Positions 47,194-62,652 are shown, counted from the stretch's first letter. The stretch: DNA of 64,000 nucleotides from TPA_inf: Saccharomyces (GCA_000146045.2 BK006936.2:160001-224000); one strand, 5' to 3'. A program made the numbers and translations. Notes: generated by a model from the sequence alone, not told the origin.

Positions 47194-49224
47194 ATGAATT
47201 TTGATGCGGTAGCAGATCAACAGATGACTGACAGAAGGTATTTTGCTCTCGAAGTAGCAGAAAGCGATGATGCCGACAGCTCATTAAATTCTTCATCCAT
47301 GGGAAGCCCCGCAGTGGATGTAGGAAGAAAAGTTTACAAAATCACTTCGCACAAGGGTTCAGCAGAAGATGAGAGTCAATCCTTTTTTACTTCTTCAGAT
47401 TCTCCAACATCCAAAACAAGGCCTGTAGGTAAAACCATCGAAAACGATGATTACTATGGTAAAAGATCTTCTACAGGTTCATCGCTCAAACAACTCTTCA
47501 ATAAAATTAATATTAATGATACCGCTCACTCTTCAAACAAAGAAAATGTATCTCAGTCGGTGCTATCGGAAAACAAGCTGCTCTCTCCATCTAAAAGGTT
47601 GTCGAAGCAAGGTCTTACAAAGGTGACTAACTCCAAGTTTCGTACACCCTTGAGACCTATTTCAAACCAATCGACTTTATCAAGGGATGAGCCTGTTAAA
47701 GATTTTAGATCACTTAAGTTTCGGAGCGGTAGTGATTTCAAATGCTGGGGTGACGAGAAGACAAGTTCTCATGTTCATTCATCCAGTGTGAACTCAGTTA
47801 ATTCCTTTACTTCTACCACCTCTTCTTCAAAGTGGAAGTTCTGGAAAAATGATAACCTATTGTCGAGGTCGCTATCTTCCAGATCTGTGAATGACCAAGA
47901 TCCGAACTTTGTTCAGCCAAAACCAACCAATTCGTTACAAAAGAAGTCTTCAATTTCAAGTTTTCACAATTCTATTTTTGGTGGTGGCAAACACACAGAG
48001 AAGAAGAGGAATTCTGGATTTATTATGCCCGATCATCAGAGCACGAAGGAGCTAAACCACAAACATTCATCATCGAACCTTTCCTTTAGAAGTTTGAAGC
48101 ATAAAACATCACATTCTTCACTAAATAAGCTCAAAGTAAGGCGTAAAGGAAATACACAAGAACTGAATCATCCGATCAAAAAAACTTGCCAAATATCATT
48201 GCCTGTTCCAGACCAAGTCTCAAAGGACAAGATTCAACTGAAATTGAAAAATTCAACATCATTGGCATCCTTATCTTCAGAAGTCACTCCCATAAACACT
48301 TTGGACTACAATGATTCAATTTTGCAACAAATATTACAACTTTGTGATGTTAAGTATATATTACATGATCTACGTGAAGCTCAGTCATTAGGCTTGTTTA
48401 CGTTGAATACTAGATCGGTTCAGCTGTCTCATAACTTTTGGCAAACTTATCATAGCGATATGCAAACTTCACTCATTTGCAAGAAAGTATGTCTAGGGGC
48501 TCTAAGTGATTTGACTACTTCAAACTTGATATCCTTACATGAATTGAAATCATTACGGTTAATACAAGGAACTAGCGGTGTCGCCAATTTACTGCAAGCT
48601 TATGTTGTGCCCTCAAATCAATGTGAAAATGACCAAAACTTGATACTGTACTTATTTTTCAAATACCAGGGAACTCCTCTATCAAGGTGCTCTAACATTG
48701 ATTACTCTCAAGCATTGTCTATTTTCTGGCAGTGCAGCAGTATTTTATATGTTGCTGAATCCAAATTTCAGCTCGAACACAGGAATCTAACTTTGGACCA
48801 TATTTTGATAGACTCTAAAGGGAATGTTACTTTAATTGATATGAAGTGCTGTCGTTTCTTGAATATAGACAACAATAAGGCTTCCTATACAAGATTAGAC
48901 CATCATTATTTCTTCCAAGGCCGGGGGACTCTTCAATTCGAGATATATGAACTGATGAGAAGCATGCTGCCTCAGCCAATATCCTGGGCTACATTTGAAC
49001 CAAGAACAAACCTATTATGGTTATATCACCTAAGTAGCAGCCTGCTAAAAATGGCCAAAAAAGCCGTAGTCAGCGGCGCTTTGAACCGGGAAGAAAATAT
49101 CTTAATCGAGTTGACGCACTTACTCGATCCTGCTCGAAAACATTCCAAAACAATTTTCAAAAAGGAACTTGTTATAAGAACTTGCGGTGATTTGTTATCT
49201 TTGAAGGGAGAAATAATGCAGTAA
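47194..49224 (+). CDS. ALK2: Haspin-like protein kinase (YBL009W), 676 aa
   Basis: Start MNFDAVADQQMTDRRYFALE, preceded by 51 extra codons in the track ORF. S-rich N-terminal half. Haspin-like kinase C-terminal half (HRNLTLDHILID). Confidence 0.85.
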   Translation: MNFDAVADQQMTDRRYFALEVAESDDADSSLNSSSMGSPAVDVGRKVYKITSHKGSAEDESQSFFTSSDSPTSKTRPVGKTIENDDYYGKRSSTGSSLKQLFNKININDTAHSSNKENVSQSVLSENKLLSPSKRLSKQGLTKVTNSKFRTPLRPISNQSTLSRDEPVKDFRSLKFRSGSDFKCWGDEKTSSHVHSSSVNSVNSFTSTTSSSKWKFWKNDNLLSRSLSSRSVNDQDPNFVQPKPTNSLQKKSSISSFHNSIFGGGKHTEKKRNSGFIMPDHQSTKELNHKHSSSNLSFRSLKHKTSHSSLNKLKVRRKGNTQELNHPIKKTCQISLPVPDQVSKDKIQLKLKNSTSLASLSSEVTPINTLDYNDSILQQILQLCDVKYILHDLREAQSLGLFTLNTRSVQLSHNFWQTYHSDMQTSLICKKVCLGALSDLTTSNLISLHELKSLRLIQGTSGVANLLQAYVVPSNQCENDQNLILYLFFKYQGTPLSRCSNIDYSQALSIFWQCSSILYVAESKFQLEHRNLTLDHILIDSKGNVTLIDMKCCRFLNIDNNKASYTRLDHHYFFQGRGTLQFEIYELMRSMLPQPISWATFEPRTNLLWLYHLSSSLLKMAKKAVVSGALNREENILIELTHLLDPARKHSKTIFKKELVIRTCGDLLSLKGEIMQ

Positions 49225-49408
49225 AGACATCGTAGTAATAAGGTGCAAGCTTTTGTATCCTTCTTAATGATTTGTAAGCAAAAAAAAATTACGTACATCA
49301 ATTTGTAATGGAAAGGAAATAAATAGTATAATATGAACACTCTTTCTGAGAACAGTTATCTTTAGCTTGCCCCACAAACTGAAAGCACATTTTTAAAATG
49401 TTTTACAG

Positions 49409-52175
<2,767 letters not shown>

Positions 52176-52631
52176 TAAGCTTATACCCCTTCCTTTGGAC
52201 AAGTTTTTTCCCTCATAATTACGTCTATATTTTATAAATATCATTGTAGTATTCGCATTGTTTAAGTGGTTACCATTTGAAACGACTCATACAGACAAGC
52301 GGTTACAGATGAAGCTTTCTGAAGGCACAGATCAGAAGTATTTTAATGTCGGTTGTCTATTAGTGGAACCAAAGTGACTACACACCTCCTCTGTCTGGAA
52401 GAAATAAATTCTTAGGGTCGACTCCACCATTTCAACTTTAGTATAATATGACAATAAAACATTATTGGGACTGAGAACGATTATATTAAAATTAGTAAAA
52501 TACATACATAACTACTTATAAAAAAAAAAAGAGAAATTTGCCATTTTCACGAGTATAAGCACAGATTGTACGAAACTATTTCATATAGCTTGTTTTAGTT
52601 ATTATCCTATAAAATCTTAAAATACATTAAT

Positions 52632-55600
52632 CTAGAATCCAAACGGATTTGATGCAGTAGCATTGAATATGTTGGCTTGCCTTGATTGTTGAGGTCCATT
52701 ACCAAACCCAAATCCAGTAGGTTGGTTCTGTAATGCTTGTTGTTGTGGTTGTTGCATAGCACCCCCAGTGTTAAAAGTGTTCATCATCTGTGGTTGTTGC
52801 ATAATTCCATCGGTGTTGAATGTGTTCATCATCTGTGGTTGTTGCATAGCACCACCAGTATTGAAAGTAGTCATCATTTGGAGCTCTTGCATAACACCAC
52901 CAGTATTGAAGGTATTCATCGTTTGTGGTTGCTGTTGTTGAAGAACGCCCCCTGTACTTAAAGTATTCATGGCTCCACCAGTGAACTGGTTCTGGTTTAA
53001 TGGCGCAATACCTCCGGTTTTTTGTAAAGTCAAACCGAATTGGGATTGCGGCCGGAACCCGCCAGTGTTTTGAGCTTGAGAGCTGAACGAAGTCTGGGGA
53101 ATCATGGCGCCTCCAGTATTAAATGTATTCAAAGCACCACCAGTTCTCTGCAAAGGCATCATTGCTCCCCCTGTAACTTGTGGTAAAGCATTGAAGGACG
53201 TTTGAGGCATCATTGCTCCTCCAGTAATTTGTGGTACAGCATTGAAGGATGTTTGAGGCATCATGGCACTCCCTGTATTTTGAGGTTGGGTCATCATTGC
53301 ACCACCTGTTAATTGCTGTGAAACGCCAAATGATGTTTGTGGAATCATAGTGCCGCCTGTTCTTTGTACAGTTGGCATTGAGACACCAGTATTAGCTGAA
53401 ATTAATCCATTAGCAGTTTTTTGGACAGGTAATATTGAACCTGTTGGAAGTTGTTGTTGCCCCTGAACATTGAATGAAGTTTGCGGGAATTGCGCACCTC
53501 CTGTGGTGGCAATTGGTATTAGGCCACCTCCAGTTTTTTGCAGAGGTAAGACGGTAGCTGCTGCGCCGAACGTAGTTTGTGGCATCATTGCGCCGCCAGT
53601 GTTAGAGATAGGAATTAACCCATTTCCTGTCTTTTGAACAGGTAGGATACCACCAGTAACTTGCGATTGCATACCAAAAGTTGTTTGTGGTACAACGAAG
53701 CCGCCGGTTCTTTGCATAGGCAGCATATCGCCCCCAGTAATCATTGGCATCATCACAAAGCCAGTAGATAAGGGTAAGATATTGTTGCCACCGGTTTTGA
53801 ATGGATCCAATGGAGCGGGAGCAGATGAAACCGGAGCAGATGAAACCGGAGCAGCAGGAACAGTGGTGCCGCCAGTTTTCACGGGTTCCAAATCTTTTAG
53901 GTTTGGTTCAGGTGTCGAGGCAGCTGCCTTTTTAGGTTCTAAAGGTTGCAAGTCTAATAAATCCTGCATGGAACCAGTAAATTCTGATTTCTTAGAGAGT
54001 AAATTAGATTCAGACTTAGAAGCCGGTTTAACAGTCCAAGCATCATCTGTCTCAGCTGATGTGGAAGGAGCTGTTTGAGCAGGACTTGTTGTTTGTGGCA
54101 ACAATTGCTGAGGCAGTGAGGTTTCCGGACTTGTAGCAACGTTCAATGAACCATCAGGTTGTGAAAACATATTTCCAGTGGCATTTGTAGGAATTGATGC
54201 AATATTTTCTCTTCCAAATTTCTTGTCAAGATGTTTCATTACTCTAACAATATCACCTTCGCGCAGACCCAAGGTTCTTAACATTGAGTTATTGATGTCA
54301 GGCATCATGTCTTCAGTAAGCTGTTCTCTATCAAAATTTATTGTATATCTTTGACAATTGCTTACATCAACGCCGCAATTCAAGAAAAATTCGAACCAAT
54401 CATATTTGTTACTGGAGTTGTTGTTATTGCTGCTTTCGGCTGGTGGTACGGACGTCGTATTTGGAACGGAGGTAGTAGAGGTTGGTCTTGGTGGTTTTAT
54501 TGGAGGCAATTCCTTTTCTTGCAACCTTGATCTTTCTTCATCTAGGAGTTCTCTGGCTTTTTTCAATTCGTATAATTCACGCTCTTTCAATCTCCTATCG
54601 CGTTCTTTTTCCTCCTGCTCCTTCAATCTCCTTCTTCTTTCTCTTTCAGAGTCTCTTGAATCAGTGCCACGGGAACTAGACCCATCATTCGCCTTAAATT
54701 TCTCTAAGGAGAACCCAGTAATTTTTTCCACATACGCTAAATCTTCATTGGATAGTTTATCAGCGGCGACAGCAATCTTGACACCATTAGCCTTGTGCAA
54801 GTGGATTTTCCCCTTAGCACATCCAATGAATTCTGCATCCACTTTGAAAGTACCACTTCTATCAACCCATAGACGCGATTTTTTTGGATTGGGGAAATCT
54901 TTGGTCGCCGAAGAGTTTTTTTTGTGAGAGGACAATGAACTTTTTCTTGACCTTTTACCGGCAGCACTACCTACAACATCGTTTTGTAGTTCATCATCTT
55001 TCCAACTGGCATTGGCATTGGATTTAGATCTTGATCTAGATCTCGACCTAGATGGAGATTTGGTGAAGTTTTTCTTGATAGACTTGATGATACCGCTTGC
55101 TGTAGATTCAGTATGTTTTTTGTCACGAACAGGCTCAATAAACTGTGCAGGAACGAGACCGCTTTTCCCTGAATCAACCAGTTGGCACATCCACCAGTCC
55201 TTAGATTTTTTATCATCTAAAATGTAGACTTTATCGCCTGATTTTATGGTTAATTCGTCCTGTGATTCAGCCATGAAGTCATATTGAACAATACCTCTCT
55301 TTTTGGATTTGGAAGCCATTTCGACTTCTCTCAACCCAGGATCACGGGAAGCACCTTTATATTCACCAATAATGTTCATGATCTCTTCACATGTGGTGGT
55401 ATTACCAGTGTGTAATTCAAGGCTTCTATATGGATCAACAAATTCCAAGAACATGTGTTTCTTTTCGTTATCATAAGAGACCAATTTATCAATTGACCAC
55501 TCATGAGGAGTCCCCTTTTGGGGTATGAAGTTTATCTTGTTGTTACCGATTGATAGCTTGGCCTTCTTCTTTTTCCTTCCCTCGATTTCGGTAACGTTCC

Positions 55601-56366
55601 AAGAGTGATACTCTGTATTGTATTCGTGATTTCCAACGTTGTTGCTGTTGCTGTTGTAATAGTAATCATCCTCTTCATCGTCATTATCGTTATCGCTGTA
55701 TGATAGTCTTGTACGAGATCGAACAGCCGCAGCGGTGGCATCAGTAGTTTCGGTAGTAGCCGTTGGTCTTGCAGGCATGGCAGGAGGAGGGCCCTCTTCA
55801 TCCTCATCTGGAGCTTGGTCTTCTTTACTTTGCATCATACGAGCTCTATCATTGTGTTGAGGAGGTGGTAAAAAGTTGGTGGGTAGTACGGCAGCAGAAG
55901 CAGGAGCGGCTGCAGGAGTAGCTGCAGGAGCTTCAGCGGCAGCGGGAGCCTGTTCCTGCTTGGAAGTGGACCCATTCTCTGGTTCGACGTAATTGCCTGG
56001 AATGAAGCCGAATTCATTGGAAACGGTAGACTTAACCAACAGCCAATCAGCATCTTTATCATCGAATACATCAAAAACGTCATTTTCATGAAACGTCAAT
56101 TCTTCATCAGCATTTTGCACCTGTTCATAATCATAAATGGCTCTTACCTTCTTCAAAACAGGAGCTTCTTCAATGTAAGTGGAGGGCACTAGACCCACCG
56201 GTTCTTCGCTATCGGAACCAATGACTCTTTTCTTTACTGTCCACCAATCGTCAATGTCTGACTTCTGTAAGAGGTACAACAGATCGTCTTCTTGGATGGC
56301 CAGTTCTTCTGGTGTCTGCGGCTCATAGGCATAGACGGCCCTATAGATGCCCAGAAACACAGTCAT
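52632..56366 (-). CDS. SLA1: Actin-patch / endocytic adaptor with three SH3 domains and C-terminal repeats (YBL007C), 1244 aa
   Basis: N-terminal SH3 (ALYDYEpq..., [28 protein letters not shown]). C-terminal ~25 degenerate copies of the LxxQxTGG / [11 protein letters not shown] repeat. Confidence 0.96.
52700..53780 (-). repeat. SLA1: In-frame degenerate tandem repeats (~33-45 nt units) encoding the SLA1 C-terminal repeat region
   Basis: The nucleotide periodicity is visible, for example gttgttgcatagcacc[a/c]ccagt[a/g]tt[a/g]aa[a/g]gt..tcatcatctgtg. Confidence 0.85.
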
Positions 56367-56586
56367 ACTCTAGCTCTTTTGTATATAACACACTCTGTCG
56401 CCTTGGCTATGTTACACTATCCCTTCTTTTAGGATTGCAATAGATATACATAGTATATATGCGCTAAATATTCGTTCTGTTTTCGTCTGATGTATCTCGA
56501 TTTCGCATGAGTGGAAGGAAGCCCCTTTTAGGAATCGTATAGTCACTTTCTACGAAGCAACATTCTACCTCTATCAATTACATGGT

Positions 56587-57129
56587 TTAATCTACGCAGG
56601 CATGTTCTCTAAGTTGAGACCGCCTATGGGAACCTATAAATCGTGATTGACACCGTTTGCATATTATCACTTTTCTTTTCCTTTTAGCCTCGCTATTCCT
56701 GGGGCTCTCTATGTGTGATTGGAAGGGTAGAGACAATTGTCCTGCGCCGGCAAGAAAAACATCGTGTGTCTCTAGAGCAGCTTTGCATTCTAATGTGCGG
56801 TGGAAATGGTGCGAAAAGTCGACACTTGACAGGGCTTCCAACTGCTGGCGTGGCACATAACTGCCCAGCAGTGAATGGCCTACTTCATACTCCACCTGTG
56901 CCGCATCGGCGAGCGACACTTTACCGCCTAGGTAACCATGTACAGCTACTCTTTTGGGCTTGGATACCTTCGCTTTACTATTCTCACTGCCCTCTATGCC
57001 CTTGTCGGTAGCATGAGATTGTTGCGTAAGCTGTTGAAGCTCAGTCGCACTGAACACTACCTGGGATGACTTTTCCAGCGCTGAAAGCCCTGCGAGTACG
57101 TCATAGTATCCCATATTACTTCCACTCAT
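56587..57129 (-). CDS. LDB7: RSC chromatin-remodeler component (YBL006C), 180 aa
   Basis: 180-aa ORF between SLA1 and PDR3, as in the reference. Confidence 0.85.
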   Translation of the reverse strand: MSGSNMGYYDVLAGLSALEKSSQVVFSATELQQLTQQSHATDKGIEGSENSKAKVSKPKRVAVHGYLGGKVSLADAAQVEYEVGHSLLGSYVPRQQLEALSSVDFSHHFHRTLECKAALETHDVFLAGAGQLSLPFQSHIESPRNSEAKRKRKVIICKRCQSRFIGSHRRSQLREHACVD

Positions 57130-57245
57130 TCTCAGCTATTCCTTGTTAACACCGTGCTCTGCTGCTTTCAGGTAAAGCCATTATTTCCACGACAACTGCA
57201 TTTCACTTTTCATTTTCTTCCAGAACAACAGGCGCTGCCCTTGTT

Positions 57246-57286
57246 TCCGCGGAGCTGCCTCCTCTGCCGCTCGGACTTTCCGCGGA
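57246..57286. promoter_or_regulatory. Two perfect PDREs (TCCGCGGA) in the PDR3 promoter
   Basis: TCCGCGGA at 57246-57253 and 57279-57286, which is 185-225 bp upstream of the PDR3 ATG. PDR3 is known to autoregulate through such sites. Confidence 0.8.
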
Positions 57287-57469
57287 ATAATAAATGAACT
57301 ATCACAGTGAGTCTTAGAATGCAAATATGTAGATACTGTTATAGAATCTCATTAATGTATTTATGTATTTCCTGTGTTTGTGTCTTCAGGAGCCTTCCAA
57401 AGCAACCATAGGTCTTAGGCGACAACTGCATCAGCAGTTTTATTAATTTTTTCTTATTGCGTGACCGCA

Positions 57470-60400
57470 ATGAAAGTGAAGAAATCAACTAGATCAAAAG
57501 TTTCGACAGCATGTGTCAATTGCAGAAAAAGGAAAATCAAATGCACAGGTAAATATCCATGTACCAACTGCATTTCTTACGATTGTACGTGTGTATTCCT
57601 AAAAAAACATTTACCGCAGAAGGAGGATAGTTCCCAGTCTTTGCCTACTACAGCTGTTGCTCCACCCTCTTCCCACGCCAATGTAGAGGCTTCAGCAGAT
57701 GTACAGCATCTGGACACTGCGATTAAGCTAGATAATCAATATTACTTCAAACTGATGAACGACCTGATACAGACTCCAGTCTCTCCGAGTGCGACGCATG
57801 CTCCTGATACTTCCAATAATCCTACTAATGATAATAATATTCTCTTTAAAGATGATTCCAAATATCAAAATCAACTGGTTACGTATCAAAATATTCTGAC
57901 AAATTTGTACGCTCTGCCGCCTTGTGATGACACTCAGCTCTTGATTGATAAAACGAAGTCGCAGTTGAATAACCTGATTAACAGTTGGAATCCCGAAATA
58001 AACTACCCCAAGCTTTCCAGTTTCTCTCCTCGCCCACAAAGATCGATAGAAACGTATCTTTTAACCAACAAGTATAGAAATAAAATACACATGACGAGGT
58101 TCTCCTTTTGGACAGACCAAATGGTTAAATCACAAAGTCCAGATTCATTTCTAGCCACCACTCCACTAGTAGATGAAGTATTTGGTCTTTTCTCTCCAAT
58201 ACAGGCTTTTTCACTAAGAGGTATAGGATATTTAATTAAAAAAAATATCGAAAACACGGGTTCATCGATGTTAATAGATACAAAGGAAACTATTTATCTA
58301 ATATTAAGATTGTTTGATTTGTGTTATGAACATTTGATCCAAGGTTGCATCTCTATTTCTAATCCATTAGAGAACTATCTTCAAAAAATAAAGCAAACTC
58401 CTACTACGACGGCATCTGCTAGTTTGCCTACTTCCCCAGCACCTTTATCTAACGATTTAGTCATTTCTGTTATTCATCAACTACCTCAGCCATTTATACA
58501 ATCGATTACCGGGTTTACGACTACTCAATTGATAGAAAATTTACATGATTCATTTTCGATGTTTCGAATAGTTACTCAAATGTATGCTCAACATAGGAAG
58601 CGCTTTGCGGAATTTTTAAACCAAGCTTTCTCCTTGCCCCATCAAGAAAAGAGTGTTTTATTCTCGTCATTCTGCTCATCAGAATATCTTCTATCTACTC
58701 TTTGTTACGCATACTACAATGTTACCCTATATCACATGTTGGACATAAACACTTTAGATTACCTAGAGATTTTAGTGTCATTGCTAGAAATCCAAAATGA
58801 AATTGATGAGCGTTTTGGATTTGAAAAAATGCTAGAAGTTGCGGTTACATGCTCCACTAAGATGGGATTGTCTCGTTGGGAGTATTATGTTGGAATAGAC
58901 GAAAATACTGCCGAACGGAGAAGAAAAATATGGTGGAAAATATACAGTCTGGAAAAGCGTTTTTTAACTGATCTTGGTGATTTATCCTTAATAAATGAAC
59001 ATCAAATGAATTGTCTCTTGCCGAAGGATTTCAGGGACATGGGATTCATTAACCATAAAGAATTTTTAACGAAAATTGGTACGTCCTCTTTATCACCGTC
59101 ATCGCCCAAGCTAAAAAACTTGTCATTGTCCAGGCTTATTGAATATGGTGAGTTAGCGATAGCCCAAATTGTTGGAGATTTTTTTTCAGAGACTCTTTAT
59201 AATGAGAAATTCACGTCTTTAGAAGTATCCGTTAAACCCACAATTATCAGACAAAAGTTATTGGAGAAAGTTTTTGAGGACATTGAATCTTTTAGGTTAA
59301 AATTGGCCAAAATAAAGCTTCACACCTCAAGAGTTTTTCAAGTAGCTCACTGCAAATATCCAGAATATCCAAAAAACGATCTAATTGAAGCAGCTAAATT
59401 TGTAAGTTACCATAAAAATACATGGTTCTCCATCTTGGGTGCTGTTAACAATCTTATTGCTAGGCTATCTGAAGATCCAGAGGTGATAACTGAGCAAAGC
59501 ATGAAATATGCGAATGAAATGTTTCAAGAATGGAGGGAAATTAATCAATTCTTAATACAGGTTGATACTGATTTTATTGTTTGGGCATGTTTGGACTTTT
59601 ATGAACTGATATTTTTCGTGATGGCTTCAAAATTTTATGTGGAAGACCCGCACATCACTTTAGAGGATGTTATCAACACTTTGAAAGTTTTTAAGAGAAT
59701 AACTAACATTATTTCTTTTTTTAATAATAATTTGGACGAGAAGGATTATGATTGTCAAACTTTCAGGGAGTTTTCGAGAAGTTCGAGTTTGGTTGCCATA
59801 TCCATAAGAATCATATTTTTAAAATACTGCTATGCCGAACAAATTGATAGAGCCGAATTCATCGAACGTTTGAAAGAAGTTGAACCGGGTCTAAGTGACC
59901 TTTTGCGTGAGTTTTTTGATACCCGCTCTTTTATTTACAGGTACATGTTGAAATCCGTTGAAAAATCAGGCTTTCATTTAATAATTAGAAAAATGTTAGA
60001 AAGCGACTATAAATTTTTGTATAGAGACAAATTGGCCACTGGTAATATTCCAGACCAAGGAAATTCAAGCCAAATTTCTCAGTTGTATGACAGTACTGCT
60101 CCTTCATACAACAATGCTTCTGCCTCAGCAGCAAACTCACCGTTGAAGTTATCGTCTTTGTTGAACTCTGGAGAGGAATCGTACACTCAAGACGCATCAG
60201 AAAATGTTCCATGTAATCTGCGGCATCAAGATCGATCGTTACAACAGACAAAAAGACAACATTCTGCGCCTAGCCAAATAAGCGCTAATGAGAATAATAT
60301 ATACAACTTGGGTACTTTAGAGGAGTTTGTCAGCAGTGGTGACCTGACTGATTTATATCATACTCTGTGGAATGACAATACTTCATATCCCTTCTTATGA
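57470..60400 (+). CDS. PDR3: Zn2Cys6 transcription factor for pleiotropic drug resistance (YBL005W), 976 aa
   Basis: Zn2Cys6 motif [20 protein letters not shown]. The track start at 57461 is a GTG; the true ATG is at 57470 ([11 protein letters not shown]). Confidence 0.95.
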
Positions 60401-60915
60401 AAACGCAAAGAAAATAGGGAAGCAGAGCATAACCATAGTAAATGGGACACTTATAACTCAAGAATTTAATTGACCCCCTACTCATACTGAGGAATGTGGC
60501 GTCCTCGTCATTATATGTTCGTAAGCTAATTGGGCGAAACTTTAGTCTGTCCTTTCTGTTCGGTCTTCACATAAGATCAACGATTTCTTCATTAATTTTG
60601 GGCGCGCTGTTCAAAAAGGTCCTGGAATGCAGCTGTTCAGTAGATATTATATGTAATTATAGCCTCAACAATTTTTCTTGGATCGATTGGATGAGCTATT
60701 CACCCATAGAGGCTGGATTTTCCTTAGTTTGAGAATCTGCGACTCCTTCGCGTCTGACATCGGTCACTACGCTTTCTCTATTCTGCTGCCGTTGCGTTAC
60801 TTTGATAAATTCATTTCTTTTTTTTTGTAATACAGAAGAATTTCTGGTAAGTTTTTGGCCTGTGCGTGTTCATAAGGGAAAGACATTGCGCATATAGGAA
60901 AATGTTAGAAGTTCA

Positions 60916-61029
60916 ACATCGATAAAATGATATTGTGTAGAAACACCGATTCCCTTTTGTAGATTTCTATATCTTTGGGTATGACTTCTAGTATTATCTG
61001 TATATCTAATATTATAGTCTCTAACAACA
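60916..61029 (+). mobile_element. Diverged delta (Ty1/Ty2 LTR) 3'-portion remnant
   Basis: About 75% similar to the delta 3' half (...tagaaacaccgattcccttttgtagatttctatatc...tctaatattatagtctctaacaaca). Ends 7 bp before the intact Ty1 LTR. Confidence 0.6.
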
Positions 61030-61036
61030 GTGGAAT

Positions 61037-61355
61037 TGTTGGAATAAAAATCCACTATCGTCTATCAACTAATAGTTATATTATCAATATATTATCATAT
61101 ACGGTGTTAAGATGATGACATAAGTTATGAGAAGCTGTCATCGAAGTTAGAGGAAGCTGAAGTGCAAGGATTGATAATGTAATAGGATAATGAAACATAT
61201 AAAACGGAATGAGGAATAATCGTAATATTAGTATGTAGAAATATAGATTCCATTTTGAGGATTCCTATATCCTTGAGGAGAACTTCTAGTGTATATTCTG
61301 TATACCTAATATTATAGCCTTTATCAACAATGGAATCCCAACAATTATCTCAACA
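61037..61355 (+). repeat. Ty1 5' LTR (delta), ~319 bp
   Basis: TGTTGGAATAAAAATCCACTATC ... TTATCTCAACA. The TYA ATG (61330) lies inside the LTR, as in Ty1. Confidence 0.8.
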
Positions 61356-62652
61356 TTCCCCGATTTTTCATGGTAGCGCCTGTGCTTCGGTTACTTCTAA
61401 AGAAGTCCAAACAACTCAAGATCCGTTAGACATTTCAGCTTCCAAAACAGAAGAATGTGAGAAGGTTTCCACTCAGGCTAATTCTCAACAGCCAACAACA
61501 CCTCCCTCATCTGCTGTTCCAGAGAACCATCATCATGCCTCTCCTCAAGCTGCTCAAGTACCATTGCCACAAAATGGGCCGTACCCACAGCAGCGCATGA
61601 TGAATACCCAACAAGCCAATATTTCTGGCTGGCCAGTATACGGGCACCCATCCTTGATGCCGTATCCACCTTATCAAATGTCACCTATGTACGCTCCACC
61701 TGGGGCACAATCACAGTTTACACAATATCCACAATATGTTGGAACACATTTGAACACCCCGTCACCTGAGTCAGGTAATTCATTTCCTGATTCATCCTCA
61801 GCAAAGTCTAATATGACATCCACTAATCAACATGTCAGACCACCGCCAATCTTAACCTCACCTAATGACTTTCTAAATTGGGTTAAAATATACATCAAAT
61901 TTTTACAAAATTCGAATCTCGGTGATATTATTCCGACAGCAACAAGAAAAGCCGTACGTCAGATGACTGATGACGAACTCACCTTCTTATGTCACACCTT
62001 TCAACTATTTGCTCCATCTCAATTCTTACCCCCCTGGGTTAAAGACATCTTATCTGTTGATTATACAGATATCATGAAAATTCTTTCCAAAAGCATTAAC
62101 AAAATGCAGTCTGATACTCAAGAGGTAAATGACATTACGACCCTAGCAACTTTGCATTATAATGGAAGTACACCTGCAGATGCATTTGAAGCAGAAGTCA
62201 CAAACATTCTTGACAGACTAAACAACAATGGCATTCCTATCAATAACAAGGTAGCATGCCAATTCATTATGAGAGGTCTATCTGGCGAGTACAAATTTTT
62301 ACCGTACGCACGTCATCGATGTATACATATGACAGTTGCTGATCTGTTTTCAGACATACATTCTATGTATGAAGAACAACAGGAATCAAAACGTAATAAA
62401 TCTACTTATAGGAGAAGTCCGAGTGATGAGAAGAAAGACTCTCGCACCTATACGAATACAACCAAACCCAAATCCATAACTCGGAATTCCCAAAAACCAA
62501 ATAATTCGCAATCAAGAACAGCCAGGGCTCATAACGTATCCACATTTAATAACTCTCCCGGCCCTGATAACGATCTCATAAGAGGATCGACTACTGAACC
62601 GATTCAATTGAAGAATACACACGACCTTCACCTTAGGCCAGGAACTTACTGA
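61330..62652 (+). CDS. Ty1 TYA Gag protein (YBL005W-A), 440 aa
   Basis: [26 protein letters not shown]...HLRPGTY*. Canonical Ty1 Gag. Confidence 0.95.
   Translation: MESQQLSQHSPIFHGSACASVTSKEVQTTQDPLDISASKTEECEKVSTQANSQQPTTPPSSAVPENHHHASPQAAQVPLPQNGPYPQQRMMNTQQANISGWPVYGHPSLMPYPPYQMSPMYAPPGAQSQFTQYPQYVGTHLNTPSPESGNSFPDSSSAKSNMTSTNQHVRPPPILTSPNDFLNWVKIYIKFLQNSNLGDIIPTATRKAVRQMTDDELTFLCHTFQLFAPSQFLPPWVKDILSVDYTDIMKILSKSINKMQSDTQEVNDITTLATLHYNGSTPADAFEAEVTNILDRLNNNGIPINNKVACQFIMRGLSGEYKFLPYARHRCIHMTVADLFSDIHSMYEEQQESKRNKSTYRRSPSDEKKDSRTYTNTTKPKSITRNSQKPNNSQSRTARAHNVSTFNNSPGPDNDLIRGSTTEPIQLKNTHDLHLRPGTY
61371..61380 (+). other. Ty1 primer-binding site complementary to initiator tRNA-Met 3' end
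   Basis: TGGTAGCGCC lies just downstream of the LTR. Confidence 0.85.
62632..62638 (+). other. Ty1 +1 programmed ribosomal frameshift heptamer CUU-AGG-C
   Basis: CTTAGGC sits in the TYA frame (codons L435-R436). The +1 frame stays open from GGC onward through protease and integrase. Confidence 0.9.

Noticed and set aside
57461-57469. Track ORF for PDR3 begins at 57461 ('MTAM...')
   Set aside because: The codon at 57461 is GTG, not ATG, so the track evidently allows alternative starts. The first ATG is at 57470 (MKVKK), which gives the known 976-aa protein.
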